Below are positions 9,419 through 20,800 of a stretch of 64,000 bases of DNA, piece after piece. The stretch is from an uncultured virus (IMG/VR IMGVR_UViG_3300046007_008038) (taxonomy: Duplodnaviria > Heunggongvirae > Uroviricota > Caudoviricetes), in IMG/VR virus record IMGVR_UViG_3300046007_008038. The stretch is one strand, 5' to 3'. Below the pieces are notes generated by a model, which was given only the letters and a program-made list of their open reading frames with translations, ran no database searches and was not told the origin of the DNA. The stretch's first letter is position 1. Each line of letters opens with the position of its first letter. A program made the translations under genes and the position numbers.

Positions 9419-11928
9419 AAACTTTTATACCAACGCCATTTCTTTTTATAGGATTCAATAAAGATGCAATTGATAAAATCTTTTTGGATCCTAACTCACT
9501 AGCTACTACTGATATTATACAAAAAATAAAAGAGTATTCTGGAGACAAAGACGATTTTTTGCTATTTGAAAATTATGCTAATCCAAATTTTTTAAAATTA
9601 GAACACACTTTTGGTGCTGGGGGTAATGGAGGATATCAAATTCAGATTGATCTTATTGATCCTAGCAACGAATTTGAAAGAAGAATGATTGGCACTACAT
9701 CATACCCAGAAAATGTACCCTTTTCTCTCATAGACAGTAGTGGAACTCCAATAAGTATTAGTGATTCTCAAAAACTAGAAAGTAAAGTACGAAGAGAGTT
9801 GTACTTAGATTCTATAAAACAATATGTTAGTCAAAATACTACAAGAAATTATTACATTGCTTATGGTGTAGGAACAAATCCGAGATATTGGGCTGGACCG
9901 TTTTCTTGTATTTTGTTAAAAGCAGATATAGAGACTTCTGAATTTAAAAAAATTAGTTGTACATTTGCCGCAAGCCCTGCTGGATTTGGTCAAGAAACTA
10001 TCAAAAAATTTAAAAATACAAAAAATGCAGTCGATATGCAAGGCATGAAACGCCAAATTACAGGAGCATCTAAACCAATAAAGTTTAATGAATTTATTGA
10101 AGGTAAAAGCGAATCATTTTATGATCCTTACTTATTGGCAACAAAACAATCGAATTCTATAGCTGAAATAAAATCTTCAATAGGATCTAAGTTAGGCGAT
10201 AAACAAGGAGATAAACTTTCCTCAGTATCTAACTTTGTTAAGATGGTTGATTTTCATGCCTTGGTAACTGATTGTATTGCAAATTATGTTGCTAAAGTGA
10301 CTGGTAATGATAATGTAATTGTTTTATTACCTAATTTAAACTATTTATTAGCAAGTTCTGAAGGTTTCGTTGAAGCTTTAGAGGCTTCAAAAAATTCTTC
10401 TAATGAAAAATTTAAAAATGTAAATGATATTAAATTAAGAATAGCTTTGCGCTTTAGACAGGCATTGAGTGATGCCTTATCTTATTTATCCCAAATGAGT
10501 CAAGTTATTTATGCTGGAACAAATGATCCATTAAAACAGGATTTTACAAAAGATCAAACTTTGGATGCAAAAGAAATTTCTTGGTTGACCGATCCAGAAA
10601 AACACAAAGATAGAGATTCCAGACTAAAATCTTTTTTTAAAGATAATAACTTTTATACAACATTAGATACAGTAGTTCAAAATAATAATACTGTAGATCA
10701 CTACGAGCTTTTAACTAAATTAATAGATGAAATAAATAGAAATAATAATTCATATAAAATAAATCAATTAGCATTATATCAAGAAACCAATTCAAAAATA
10801 TTAAAAGTTTTTAAAGAATATTTTGATAAACAGGATCCCGCGTTTAGATTCCCATCAACTTTTAATGAATCCGTAGTTGTTGTTGGTGACCCTAACATGA
10901 TTCAAAAATATCTTTATTCTGGTGAAGTTATTCCATCAGATAAAAGTGATTTAACTGGAGTTACGATAGATATAATTCTAAAAGGGCAAAATGATTCTGA
11001 GTATGTAAAATCACCTATTCAAGTATTCCACCCTAAAGATAAAGTATTTTTTACAGCCGATTACCATAATAAAATTTATGAAGTAATGTATCCAGATGAT
11101 GAAAATCCTCCTTATGGTCCAAACTCAGAACCCCCAGATATTTTTGCTTATACAGATACAAAAGATATTTCTAAGCAGGGTAAGAAGTTAAATAGATATC
11201 AAGTATTTAAATACAATACACAAAATGCAAATGTTTTAAATTTAAAAATTGATTTGAATCCTTCTTACTTAGTTGAATTAAAAACTGGATTTCAAAAAGA
11301 ATTATTTAAAACAGCTACAACTAAGTTAGCAGGAATTTACAGTGATGAGTATACTTTAAATACTTTTTTATCTGAAGAAGCTATTATTGGTTATATTCAA
11401 AACAGATTGAAATCTTCTGAAATTATAAATAAAGAAATATTAATAAAAGAAGTATCTGAGATTTTAACTGCTAATGGTATTCCTGACGAACTAAAAGGAG
11501 ATCCTATAACAATTGCTAAAAATTGTTTGGCTTTAGCAGAAGGTGGAATGATATCAAAAAACAGACAAACTATTATAGTTGATGCTTTTAGCCCAAAAAA
11601 TCCAGCTATAATAATGTCAGATATGGCAAATCAATTATACAGAAAATCACTTATCTTGGTTTTAGAAACTTTACCATTTTTTCATATAAGTAACATAGGG
11701 CATATTCACTCTCCTGTACTACTATTTGCTCAGAGTGGTAAACTATTAAATAGCAATCCTTCATATGAAAACGATCCATTCTTTACTTTTATTAGCGGTA
11801 TTTATAATGTAATTGGAGCAAAACATATAATGGATTCTGGAGAAATAAAATCAGAATTTACATTGGTTAGGAATCAAAAGGCCCTATTAAAAGAAAATAA
11901 TAAGAACCAAAAGGAAGAATCCGCATGA
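9415..11928 (+). CDS. putative baseplate hub protein (gp27-like position)
   Basis: 837 aa between gp53 and spike; C-terminal SGIYNVIGAKH...SEFTLVR resembles hub C-termini. Confidence 0.5.
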   Translation: MKTFIPTPFLFIGFNKDAIDKIFLDPNSLATTDIIQKIKEYSGDKDDFLLFENYANPNFLKLEHTFGAGGNGGYQIQIDLIDPSNEFERRMIGTTSYPENVPFSLIDSSGTPISISDSQKLESKVRRELYLDSIKQYVSQNTTRNYYIAYGVGTNPRYWAGPFSCILLKADIETSEFKKISCTFAASPAGFGQETIKKFKNTKNAVDMQGMKRQITGASKPIKFNEFIEGKSESFYDPYLLATKQSNSIAEIKSSIGSKLGDKQGDKLSSVSNFVKMVDFHALVTDCIANYVAKVTGNDNVIVLLPNLNYLLASSEGFVEALEASKNSSNEKFKNVNDIKLRIALRFRQALSDALSYLSQMSQVIYAGTNDPLKQDFTKDQTLDAKEISWLTDPEKHKDRDSRLKSFFKDNNFYTTLDTVVQNNNTVDHYELLTKLIDEINRNNNSYKINQLALYQETNSKILKVFKEYFDKQDPAFRFPSTFNESVVVVGDPNMIQKYLYSGEVIPSDKSDLTGVTIDIILKGQNDSEYVKSPIQVFHPKDKVFFTADYHNKIYEVMYPDDENPPYGPNSEPPDIFAYTDTKDISKQGKKLNRYQVFKYNTQNANVLNLKIDLNPSYLVELKTGFQKELFKTATTKLAGIYSDEYTLNTFLSEEAIIGYIQNRLKSSEIINKEILIKEVSEILTANGIPDELKGDPITIAKNCLALAEGGMISKNRQTIIVDAFSPKNPAIIMSDMANQLYRKSLILVLETLPFFHISNIGHIHSPVLLFAQSGKLLNSNPSYENDPFFTFISGIYNVIGAKHIMDSGEIKSEFTLVRNQKALLKENNKNQKEESA

Positions 11929-13007
11929 TTTCAATAGCTGAAGTAACACGAACAGAGCAGATTTCTGATGGTATTAGATTTTTTGCACATATTAATTCTT
12001 TAGGTAATGAAGAAAAAGAAATTATTTATGTATCACCTTTTTTGGGTGCAGGGCATGGGGGATTCGTAGCAATACCTAGCCCCGGACAAAAGATTGTAGT
12101 GGTAAGACCTAATGATGACGAGTTCTTTTACTACTTGGGATCTTTCTTAGAACCCCCTAAAAATTTAAGTTCAGAGAATGATGAATTAAAAAAAGAGTTA
12201 GAGGATCCTGTAGAGAATTTAGATTCCCAATTGTATAAAGCTAGGGGAATCCCTCAGCGAACATTTTGGAAAGATTCTAAAGGAAATAAAATAGTCTTAT
12301 CTGATGAATATAATCCAGAGTATTTTAATTTAAAAATAGCACTAACCTCGTTTACGGGTAAACTACTTGGATTCATAGATAGCCCACTAATAGCATCTAT
12401 CTTTATGAAAAATGATCATGGAGATGGGATAACTATTACTTCTGAATCAAATGTTGTTGACGCTGGAAGAGAAATAAAAAGCGTAGCCCACACCAACCAA
12501 GAACACTTTGTTCGTCATGGAGACTATTTGGTAGTCGTCAATGATGGTAGAGAGATCAAATTGTGTAACAGGTCTTCTGGTGCGTACAAGGAGCCAAACA
12601 GCAATAGATATGGTAATATCAATCTAGAATCGTATAATAAAGATATTAATTTATTTGCTAGGTCAGAGCAAATAGGAAAAATTCATATAGAATGCACTAA
12701 TTCAAATGCTGACGAACAAATAGTCCAAATAAAAACTACCTCAAATAATTCAGTAGTTAGGATATCTTCATCAGGTAAAATTGAGATAACTACCAATGGA
12801 GATCTAGATATAAATGCAGATCAAAACATTAACTTGAATTGTGGAGGAAGTTTTAGTGTTAATGCTGGAGCAGGGATAGAACTAAAAGCATCTAGCAATG
12901 TAAATTTAGATGGCTCTCAGATTCATTTAAATTCTAATAGAGCCTCACCAATTTCACCTCAGATAGGAACTACTGAAAGTGATTACGAAGGAGTGTATGC
13001 GTACTAA
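11925..13007 (+). CDS. baseplate central spike (gp5/gpV-like, no lysozyme domain)
   Basis: OB-fold motif GGFVAIPSPGQKIVV..YYLG; C-terminal beta-helix repeats ending GSQIHLN. Confidence 0.75.
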   Translation: MISIAEVTRTEQISDGIRFFAHINSLGNEEKEIIYVSPFLGAGHGGFVAIPSPGQKIVVVRPNDDEFFYYLGSFLEPPKNLSSENDELKKELEDPVENLDSQLYKARGIPQRTFWKDSKGNKIVLSDEYNPEYFNLKIALTSFTGKLLGFIDSPLIASIFMKNDHGDGITITSESNVVDAGREIKSVAHTNQEHFVRHGDYLVVVNDGREIKLCNRSSGAYKEPNSNRYGNINLESYNKDINLFARSEQIGKIHIECTNSNADEQIVQIKTTSNNSVVRISSSGKIEITTNGDLDINADQNINLNCGGSFSVNAGAGIELKASSNVNLDGSQIHLNSNRASPISPQIGTTESDYEGVYAY

Positions 13008-15772
13008 TGGCTTCATTTGATTTAGAAACATTTTTAAGAGTACAGAACCAAGGTGGAGGTGCATTTGAAGCACTCGGAGCTAGTTTTGGAATTCCAAACT
13101 GTTTACTTGATTTAGGTAAAGAAGCTTTATCTATTTTACCAACTAGCATATTGGCAGATGTTACTGGTCAAGTTAAGGATGCTAGAGATCTTGCAGATTC
13201 AGTTACCAAAGAGATAGTTAAAAAAATAATGCTTGATACAGGCATCATAGAATTTGATACTGAAACTGGTAGATTAAAGTTTAGATCAGATTCAACCAGA
13301 GATAAATTAGATAATGATACTTTACAAGTTCTAAAAAATTTATCAGGAGCTTTACAAGCTTTTGCGTATGCCTCTCAATTTGGAGCACAGTTGTACGCAA
13401 ATTTCCAAAGTATATCTAATCAATTTGCACTGATCGAGGAATGTTTTGATAAGTTTGAGCAATTGCAAAAGTTCCAATCTGGTAATTCAGCTAATCAAAA
13501 GCAGTTGTTGTCGCCAGCACAAGTGGTTGAATTAGAAGAAAAAAAATATGCATTGGATAAAGTTAGATATCAAAATGCAATAGATTTCATGAATAAATGT
13601 GATTCTTTCATAGCTACAACTAATGAGATAGTATATGAAAGAAGTTTAGATCCCACATTAGAACCTAAGTTTTCAGACTCAACAGAATTTGATCAATTTT
13701 TAGATGGTACAACTTTTGAAAGAGTGCCTGTAGATGAATTAATACAAGGTGGGAGAAGACCCCAAATTGGAACAGGGGCGGGAACTGAAATAGAAGCAGA
13801 AGAAGATATATTTAGATTGGAGTTTGGACCACCAATAAGCACTAGGGGTTATTTCTTACTAACAAAAGATGGTTTGTATTATGATTCGCAAAAAGGTGGA
13901 CTAGATCCGATTTTATTAAGTATAAACCCAGATGTGATCCCTGATGGGGATAGATGGAAATATAATTTTGATCCAAACATAGGAGGCAAAGGAACTGCAA
14001 TAACTTTCCAACAATATCAAGATTATAAAGATACTTTATTCGATCCAGATAAGATTGATGAAAGTAGAACTTTATTAAATTACTATGAACAAGATCATTT
14101 CTTACAAAATTTAATACAGCAAAGAGATAAACAAGTTTATGATTTATCTTCTGCATTAACAGATGAAATTGCTTTAAACGGGGAAAGTTCAGTTTCAAAA
14201 AACATGAGACTAAGCTTGGCTTCTGAATTATCTTATCATAATTTTAAAATTAGAAAGCGTAAAAAACAAATTGAGATTGCTGTAAAAGCACCCAATGTTT
14301 TTGAGTCCAAAGTAGAATCCCCCAAAATATTCCAGCCCGGACAAATCCCTATTAATGATTTTTCATACTTGAATGATTATGATTTTGCAATAGAATTTGA
14401 TAAGCAAAGAAGGTTGATGTTTACTCAAGGGGATTTGGAAGGGATTATATTACCCATACAGGCTAGATTTACTTCAAGTCCTATAAAACGCACAGAGGCT
14501 CCAAATATCAATTTAACTGTGCCTGAAATAGGGATAGGATCTATCATTTACGAAAATATAGATCCTTCTTCTAGTACGATGCTATCTTTGACAGATATCG
14601 TTGTAACGGATAAATTGTTTGCAATTTATAATTTATTGCAGCCTAAAGTTGTTCAACCATCGTCAAATGAATTTTTTATGACGAATACTGTGACTAATAA
14701 CAAATATAATAATTTGCAATTAGTTAGTAATTTTGCAAGCTCAGTTTATTTCTCGGGATTATCTATTCCTTACTTAGAAGGAATAACAAAAAATAAATCG
14801 AGCAGCCCAACATTGGCTTCTGGTTTAGGATCATATCTTAGATTACCAGATACGAGAGAATATAGAGAATATATGTATAATCCAGATGGATTTACTTTTG
14901 AATGTTGGGTTCATGTTCCAAATCTATTAAATGCTGGCACCGGGTGGCTAAGTGCTACAGCATCTTCATTGACAAAAGTTCTATTGGCAAATGAGAATGT
15001 TGGACTAAAAGAGGGTTCAAGTCCCCCCTTAGACGAACTAGGTAATCCTAGAGATCTAGATTTCCTACCTATCAGTGATGGAGATTCCTATACCAAAGGA
15101 GTTGTAATTGGATTCACTAGGGATAGGAGAATCACCAAAGAAGGTTTAGGGTATAGTAACAATAATTCCGATAATAATCCTCAAAACTCTTTAAGCTTCT
15201 TCATAGCACCAACACAATCAAAAGATGCGAGTTCTTGTTCTTGGATAAACAAGGCTAACTGCAATGAAACTGAAAGTTTCTACAAGATGAAAGTTGATTG
15301 TTCAACAACAGTCAATGGCAAGAGTTTTGGGCAAGCATCGTCAACATTTGTATTAGTTAATATTTCATGTGATCCAAAAACAGACACAATTAAAATGTAT
15401 TGTGATGGAGAATTAATGGCTACTTCTGCTGTTAGTGAGGTTTTTGGAGTTCAGAAATATGGAACTCCAGACCTCCCCTCTTTTAAGAAGAGAAATAGTT
15501 TTGAATACCAAACTTCTAGTGTTGACGGTCCCAGAAGTTTAAAAGCTGGACCAAAATTAAATACTTTCTATACTCCTTGGATTGTTGGAGGCGGGTATAC
15601 TGATGGAATGTATTTAAATGGTAACTTCATGGGAGGTGACAGAGGGGGTATAACTAGTGGCTTGCGTGGGCACATAGGAAGTTTAAAATTTTACGCAAAA
15701 CCACTAGATAGTAATGAAGCCTTAAAAAATTATAAGGCTCAAAGTGTATACTTTAAAAATATCTTAACCTAA
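13007..15772 (+). CDS. virion structural protein with C-terminal LamG/ConA-like domain
   Basis: GFTFECWV, IKMYCDGEL, LRGHIGSLKFYAKPLDSNE pattern of laminin-G domains. Confidence 0.6.
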   Translation: MASFDLETFLRVQNQGGGAFEALGASFGIPNCLLDLGKEALSILPTSILADVTGQVKDARDLADSVTKEIVKKIMLDTGIIEFDTETGRLKFRSDSTRDKLDNDTLQVLKNLSGALQAFAYASQFGAQLYANFQSISNQFALIEECFDKFEQLQKFQSGNSANQKQLLSPAQVVELEEKKYALDKVRYQNAIDFMNKCDSFIATTNEIVYERSLDPTLEPKFSDSTEFDQFLDGTTFERVPVDELIQGGRRPQIGTGAGTEIEAEEDIFRLEFGPPISTRGYFLLTKDGLYYDSQKGGLDPILLSINPDVIPDGDRWKYNFDPNIGGKGTAITFQQYQDYKDTLFDPDKIDESRTLLNYYEQDHFLQNLIQQRDKQVYDLSSALTDEIALNGESSVSKNMRLSLASELSYHNFKIRKRKKQIEIAVKAPNVFESKVESPKIFQPGQIPINDFSYLNDYDFAIEFDKQRRLMFTQGDLEGIILPIQARFTSSPIKRTEAPNINLTVPEIGIGSIIYENIDPSSSTMLSLTDIVVTDKLFAIYNLLQPKVVQPSSNEFFMTNTVTNNKYNNLQLVSNFASSVYFSGLSIPYLEGITKNKSSSPTLASGLGSYLRLPDTREYREYMYNPDGFTFECWVHVPNLLNAGTGWLSATASSLTKVLLANENVGLKEGSSPPLDELGNPRDLDFLPISDGDSYTKGVVIGFTRDRRITKEGLGYSNNNSDNNPQNSLSFFIAPTQSKDASSCSWINKANCNETESFYKMKVDCSTTVNGKSFGQASSTFVLVNISCDPKTDTIKMYCDGELMATSAVSEVFGVQKYGTPDLPSFKKRNSFEYQTSSVDGPRSLKAGPKLNTFYTPWIVGGGYTDGMYLNGNFMGGDRGGITSGLRGHIGSLKFYAKPLDSNEALKNYKAQSVYFKNILT

Positions 15773-15773
15773 T

Positions 15774-16238
15774 ATGGCGTATAATCAAACAGTTAGGGTT
15801 TTCGGTCCAACCACTCAACTAGTCCTAAGAGATACCATTAGGGCTAAAGAGAAGTTTTTTGGATTAAATTATCCAATAGGTAAATATACAGCAAACGGCG
15901 GGTACTTTAAAAAAACTTCTGGATATGAAACTTTAAAATCCTCTATAACTCAACTTCTACTTACTGAAAGAGGAGAAAGGGTTATGTTGCCATCTTTTGG
16001 GTGTTCTTTAAAGAAATTTTTATTCCAACCACTAAACTCTTTATTATTCAATCAAATTAAAGAGGAGATAGTAGATTCGATAACTAGATACACTCGGGAT
16101 GTAAAAATATTAAAAATAGGTGTTTTTGAATTAGATAAAATTAATTTAGATGGTAGTCATGGATTAAAAATAATTTTATCTTTAGCTTTAAGCCAAGAAG
16201 CTCAGACTCAATTTGAAATAGAAATTATTGTCCAATGA
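15774..16238 (+). CDS. gp25: baseplate wedge subunit gp25
   Basis: LLLTERGERVMLPSFGCSLKKFLFQP. Confidence 0.9.
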   Translation: MAYNQTVRVFGPTTQLVLRDTIRAKEKFFGLNYPIGKYTANGGYFKKTSGYETLKSSITQLLLTERGERVMLPSFGCSLKKFLFQPLNSLLFNQIKEEIVDSITRYTRDVKILKIGVFELDKINLDGSHGLKIILSLALSQEAQTQFEIEIIVQ

Positions 16239-17809
16239 CATTTAAGAATACAGCACAATCAGATTTTATGAAACTTGTTGTCTTTCCAGACGATAAGAAG
16301 GCGAGTTTAATTAATTATGCATCTAGTGATTTCTTATCTTTAAGGGATGCACTAGTTGATTATATAAAAGCAGTTTACCCATTAGAATATGATTATTTTG
16401 TTGAATCTGATTTAGGAATGATGTTGATTGAATTAGTTGCCTATATGGGGGCTGTGATGTCTTTGAAAGCAGACTTTTTAGCTAATGAAAATTATTTAGC
16501 AACTGCTAGAGATAGAAATTCAATTAAAAAGTTATTTCAATTGATTGGAGTAAGATTAAAAGGTCCCCTATCATCTGCTGCACAAGCTTCCATAACATTT
16601 AATGGAACTCCCGGAAATGCAGTCATACCAATAGAAAATAGAACAATAACAGTAAAATCCCCTGAAGACGGTGCTAGTTTAGCTTTTACTGTATATAAAA
16701 CCAACAATGGGGTTGTTGACACTGCAAATTCCACTGGGCAAATAGCTCTATCCCAAGCTGAAAGTGTTGGGGCTGCTGGGCTAACTTGGACCAATATAGT
16801 ACTTCAAGAAGGAAGTTTGATTTCTGATGAAGGTGAGTTTGCAGCAACTGAATCAATAAAAACAATACCTTTAACTGAAAGCCCAGTCATTGAAGGGTCA
16901 ATAGATGTTTATGTTAACACTGGAGACTCAACGACTTCAGGAGCTTACACAGAAGTAGAAAACATTTTCTTTGCTTCTAGTACTACTCAAAAAATATTTC
17001 AAGTAGTTTATGATGATGATTATAAAGCAACTGTCGTATTTGGTAACGGAATAAGAGGTGTAATACCCCCTGATGATGCTTCTTATATTGTGACATACAG
17101 AGTTGGTGGTGGTAGTAGAGGAAACATAATTTCAAATTACATAAACTCAAACATAATAGGACAAGCTAATAGGACTGGGGTAGTTACAAATACGACACCT
17201 GCCACAGGGGGAGCAGATGCAGAAACCGTGTTCCATGCTAAAAAATACGGTCCTTTAACTTTTGCTAGACAAGATAGGGTCGTAACTTTAGAAGATTACA
17301 CTGTTTTTGCAAATACTTTTATTAGTGATTATGGAACAGTAGGAAAAGCTTCTGCTGTCACTAGAAAAGCATATTGTTCAGGAAATATAATTGATATTTA
17401 TGTTTTAGAAAAAGCAAACAATTTACAAGTGCAAAAAGCTAGTCCTACATTTAAACAACAGTTGATTACTGCATTGCAACCCAAGAAAATGGTAACTGAT
17501 GAGATTGTAGTTGTAGATGGATTAGTTAGAACATTAGATTTAATTATTACTGTCAAAGTTGATAGAAAATTACAACCTAAAGAACAAATAGTTAAGAGTA
17601 AAGTTAGAAATGCCATACTTGATTTTATGGCAGTGGATAATAGAGAATTCGGTGAAACTTTAGTTGTTGCAGATTTAAGTAGAGTTATTTTTGAGCTAGA
17701 AGAAGTAAGAATAGCTTCTATAGATAATGTTATGGAAAATATTAAAGTTGAGTTTAATGAATTAATACAACTTAATAATCTATTGATAAAAGTTGAATAC
17801 TTAGACTGA
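16235..17809 (+). CDS. gp6: baseplate wedge subunit gp6 (baseplate J-like)
   Basis: DF-x2-LR, ESDLGMMLIE, NENYLATA, FGNG, YRVGGG, QDRVVTLEDY. Confidence 0.9.
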   Translation: MTFKNTAQSDFMKLVVFPDDKKASLINYASSDFLSLRDALVDYIKAVYPLEYDYFVESDLGMMLIELVAYMGAVMSLKADFLANENYLATARDRNSIKKLFQLIGVRLKGPLSSAAQASITFNGTPGNAVIPIENRTITVKSPEDGASLAFTVYKTNNGVVDTANSTGQIALSQAESVGAAGLTWTNIVLQEGSLISDEGEFAATESIKTIPLTESPVIEGSIDVYVNTGDSTTSGAYTEVENIFFASSTTQKIFQVVYDDDYKATVVFGNGIRGVIPPDDASYIVTYRVGGGSRGNIISNYINSNIIGQANRTGVVTNTTPATGGADAETVFHAKKYGPLTFARQDRVVTLEDYTVFANTFISDYGTVGKASAVTRKAYCSGNIIDIYVLEKANNLQVQKASPTFKQQLITALQPKKMVTDEIVVVDGLVRTLDLIITVKVDRKLQPKEQIVKSKVRNAILDFMAVDNREFGETLVVADLSRVIFELEEVRIASIDNVMENIKVEFNELIQLNNLLIKVEYLD

Positions 17810-20800
17810 TGAATACTTATAATCCTAGTCCAAATCAATATTCAAAAAGAAACTTCGTAGAGGTTTTAGAGATTCTTTCTCCTAAAATATATGAAGCTAA
17901 AGATATTGAATTAAGTGGAGTAGGCATTCAAGAAGATGACCAAATCATAAATACACAAATAAATGCAGCTAATAACATGGCATCTATTTTACCTGTTTCA
18001 GGTAGAAATGATATATCTTCAATTAGCCAATTTTTCATAAAACAAAATGAACTCACCTACATAACTCCTCAAACTTTTGAAGATGATATTTTATACCCAT
18101 TAGGGTATAGTTTTGAAGATTTTGAAACTCAAGAACAATTTACAGAATTCTTATCAGCAACATTACAACCAAAAATTAAAACAAATGCAACCACTTTAGC
18201 AACAACCACTAGCGGTGTATTTGGAGCAACGGCTTCTGCTGTTCATGATTATTTAATTGATAATTTAGGGTGGATTTATTTCTTAAATAATTCTAGCGGA
18301 GTTTGGAATTACCAACCTTCTAGCTATGTCACATCTCAATTATCTGGATTGTACATTGCTAGAGATATTAAAGATTTAGATGGTGTAATAGGTTTTAATA
18401 GACATTTGTGGTATAACTATTCTAGCTACATCCCAACTTCTTATTTATCAAGTGTAGGAACTTACACTAGTGGAACGCAGCAATTAGATAAATTAGAAAC
18501 AATGTTGGAAGTAATTTTTTCTCCTGCATATATGGATAGGCAGGATTTTAAAGTAAAAGATGCTTTTATAGATTATATTGATGGGTTAGGATTGTTAGAT
18601 GAATTAAAACCAAAGGGTCCACATAGAAAATTTTTAAAAGCCATATCCTACTCGATGGCAGATATAAATAACAATGTTGAAAAACTAGCATCATTGTACG
18701 ATATAGAAAATTGTGAGCCTGAGTACTTAGAGCAATTAGCTAAATTAATAGGGTGGAAACTGTTAGGACCTGATGCATCTAAGTGGAGACAACAACTAAG
18801 ATCAGCAACAGAAGCTTACAAGAAAAAAGGTACTTCTGTTGGTATTCAATTTGTTTTGAATTCAATAATTAGTGATGTATTAATTGATGCTTCAGGAACT
18901 TTAACTGAATTATGGGAATCTTATGTACCATTCATGATATGGTATATGTTAGCTACAGATTCAATTCATTTTAAGAACCAGCAAGTTTGGACAAAACAAA
19001 AAGCAGAATCATTAGGTATTTTTGGTCATGATCCCAGTAGCTTTACTAACAACATCCAATCAGTAGTAGACCACATCCTGCTTGAAGCATATTATAAATT
19101 CCCAGACAATTTTATTTATCAAGGAAAACCTTGGCCTGTTTATAGATTTTTAGAATTAGATAATGATACAGGGGAACCAATAGACATTTACACTTTAATT
19201 ACTGATCCTTTAGCAAAAGATTATTTACGAATAGATAAAAGTAGAAGAAGTTACAGATCATTAAAAGTAGAACAAAATGAACAAGGTTTAGCTTATGATA
19301 ATTCATTCCAAATTGGGCCTGAAGGAGAAGGAATTTATATAGCTGGGTCTCAAATACCACAAATAGAAAAACCAGTTTACTTGTCTTCGACTGGAGATTC
19401 TAAGTTTGTTTTTAATTACAGAAACTATAGAAATTTCCCTATCCCGCCATTTGAAGAAATTAAATATTATAAAGAATGTAAATTAGATGAAGCATTAATA
19501 TCTTTCTTTACAGAGAAAGTAAGATGTTTAGGAGTAGGTGATAACTTAACAGATGCATTTGGAAATTACTTAAGAAATAACACATATAAACTAAGTAATG
19601 TTTACGGTGCTATAAATGATTTCTTAATGTTCTTCTCTGCAATGCAAAATCCAGTTAATTACTTTGAAGCTTTAGATATGCAGCAAGGTATGGATTTTGA
19701 TATTCAAAGTTTATGGAATGCTAAATCTTCTCATGTTTTAATTAACTATAGTGCTACTAATTTTAGTTTTACTAAGAGAGATATTACTGGAGATAGCAAA
19801 TATGCCTTGACGCAAACTAAAGAAGTATTAAACAAATTTTTGCCTGCACATGCTATTCCTATTTTACTAGTTGATGCATCATCTCCTGTAGAAGATTACA
19901 CTACCTCTGAAACTAGTTTTAATACCATAGAATTAAAAGAACAACAAACAATGTATTCTTTAGTCAGCGGTGTCTTTGCTGGTAGGGAAGCATCTGGAAT
20001 AAACATTCGTGGTATATTCACAGGAACTGTAACACCTGAAGGATTAACTACATTTAAACGAGAAGAAGTAGATGCTCTCAATGATTTATTAGTTAGTTCT
20101 ACAAATTATACGAATACAACTCCAAGAAAATCATTGCGAAGAAGAAATTATAAGTTTGTTCTTCCTCAAGAAAAATATTACGATAGAACAGGATTTAATC
20201 AACCTATTTCTTTTGATGGATCCTCTGCATTTGCATTAGAAACTTCTAAAGGATTCATCGTATTAGGATTTGTTGCTTCATCAAACTCATTCTACCCAGT
20301 ATACGATTATACAAACCCTTCAGGTGTTTGGGATCCTTGTGAAAATTTATCATCAGATAACACTTTCTTTGGAATAGATACCAGCAATACCTATCCTTGT
20401 AGAGGAGCATTTGAATTAGATTCAGATGCAAAGATGATTGAGATCGGAAGCAGGCATGATCGCTATGTGGATAGATGTCAAATACCCTATATTTATCGAG
20501 CAATGCATTCAATAAAAGAAAATGAAGCATTAGCAAGATCAGAGATTATTGTATCTTCAAACACCTCATACAATGAAGATTCACATTGGAAAAATCAAGC
20601 ACTGAGCGTAGCAAACAATTATATTAATAGCGGGGTAATGGGGATAAATTCATATTCTGATTATGAAAACTTTAAATTTGGTAGAGGAATTCACTTACTA
20701 TTTAAAGACTATAAAAAATATTTTAATCACGGTTTAGGTCCTTCAAGTATTGATGAAACTGGAGCTAATATCTTCTCACATACTTTTGGTCCATTATTAT

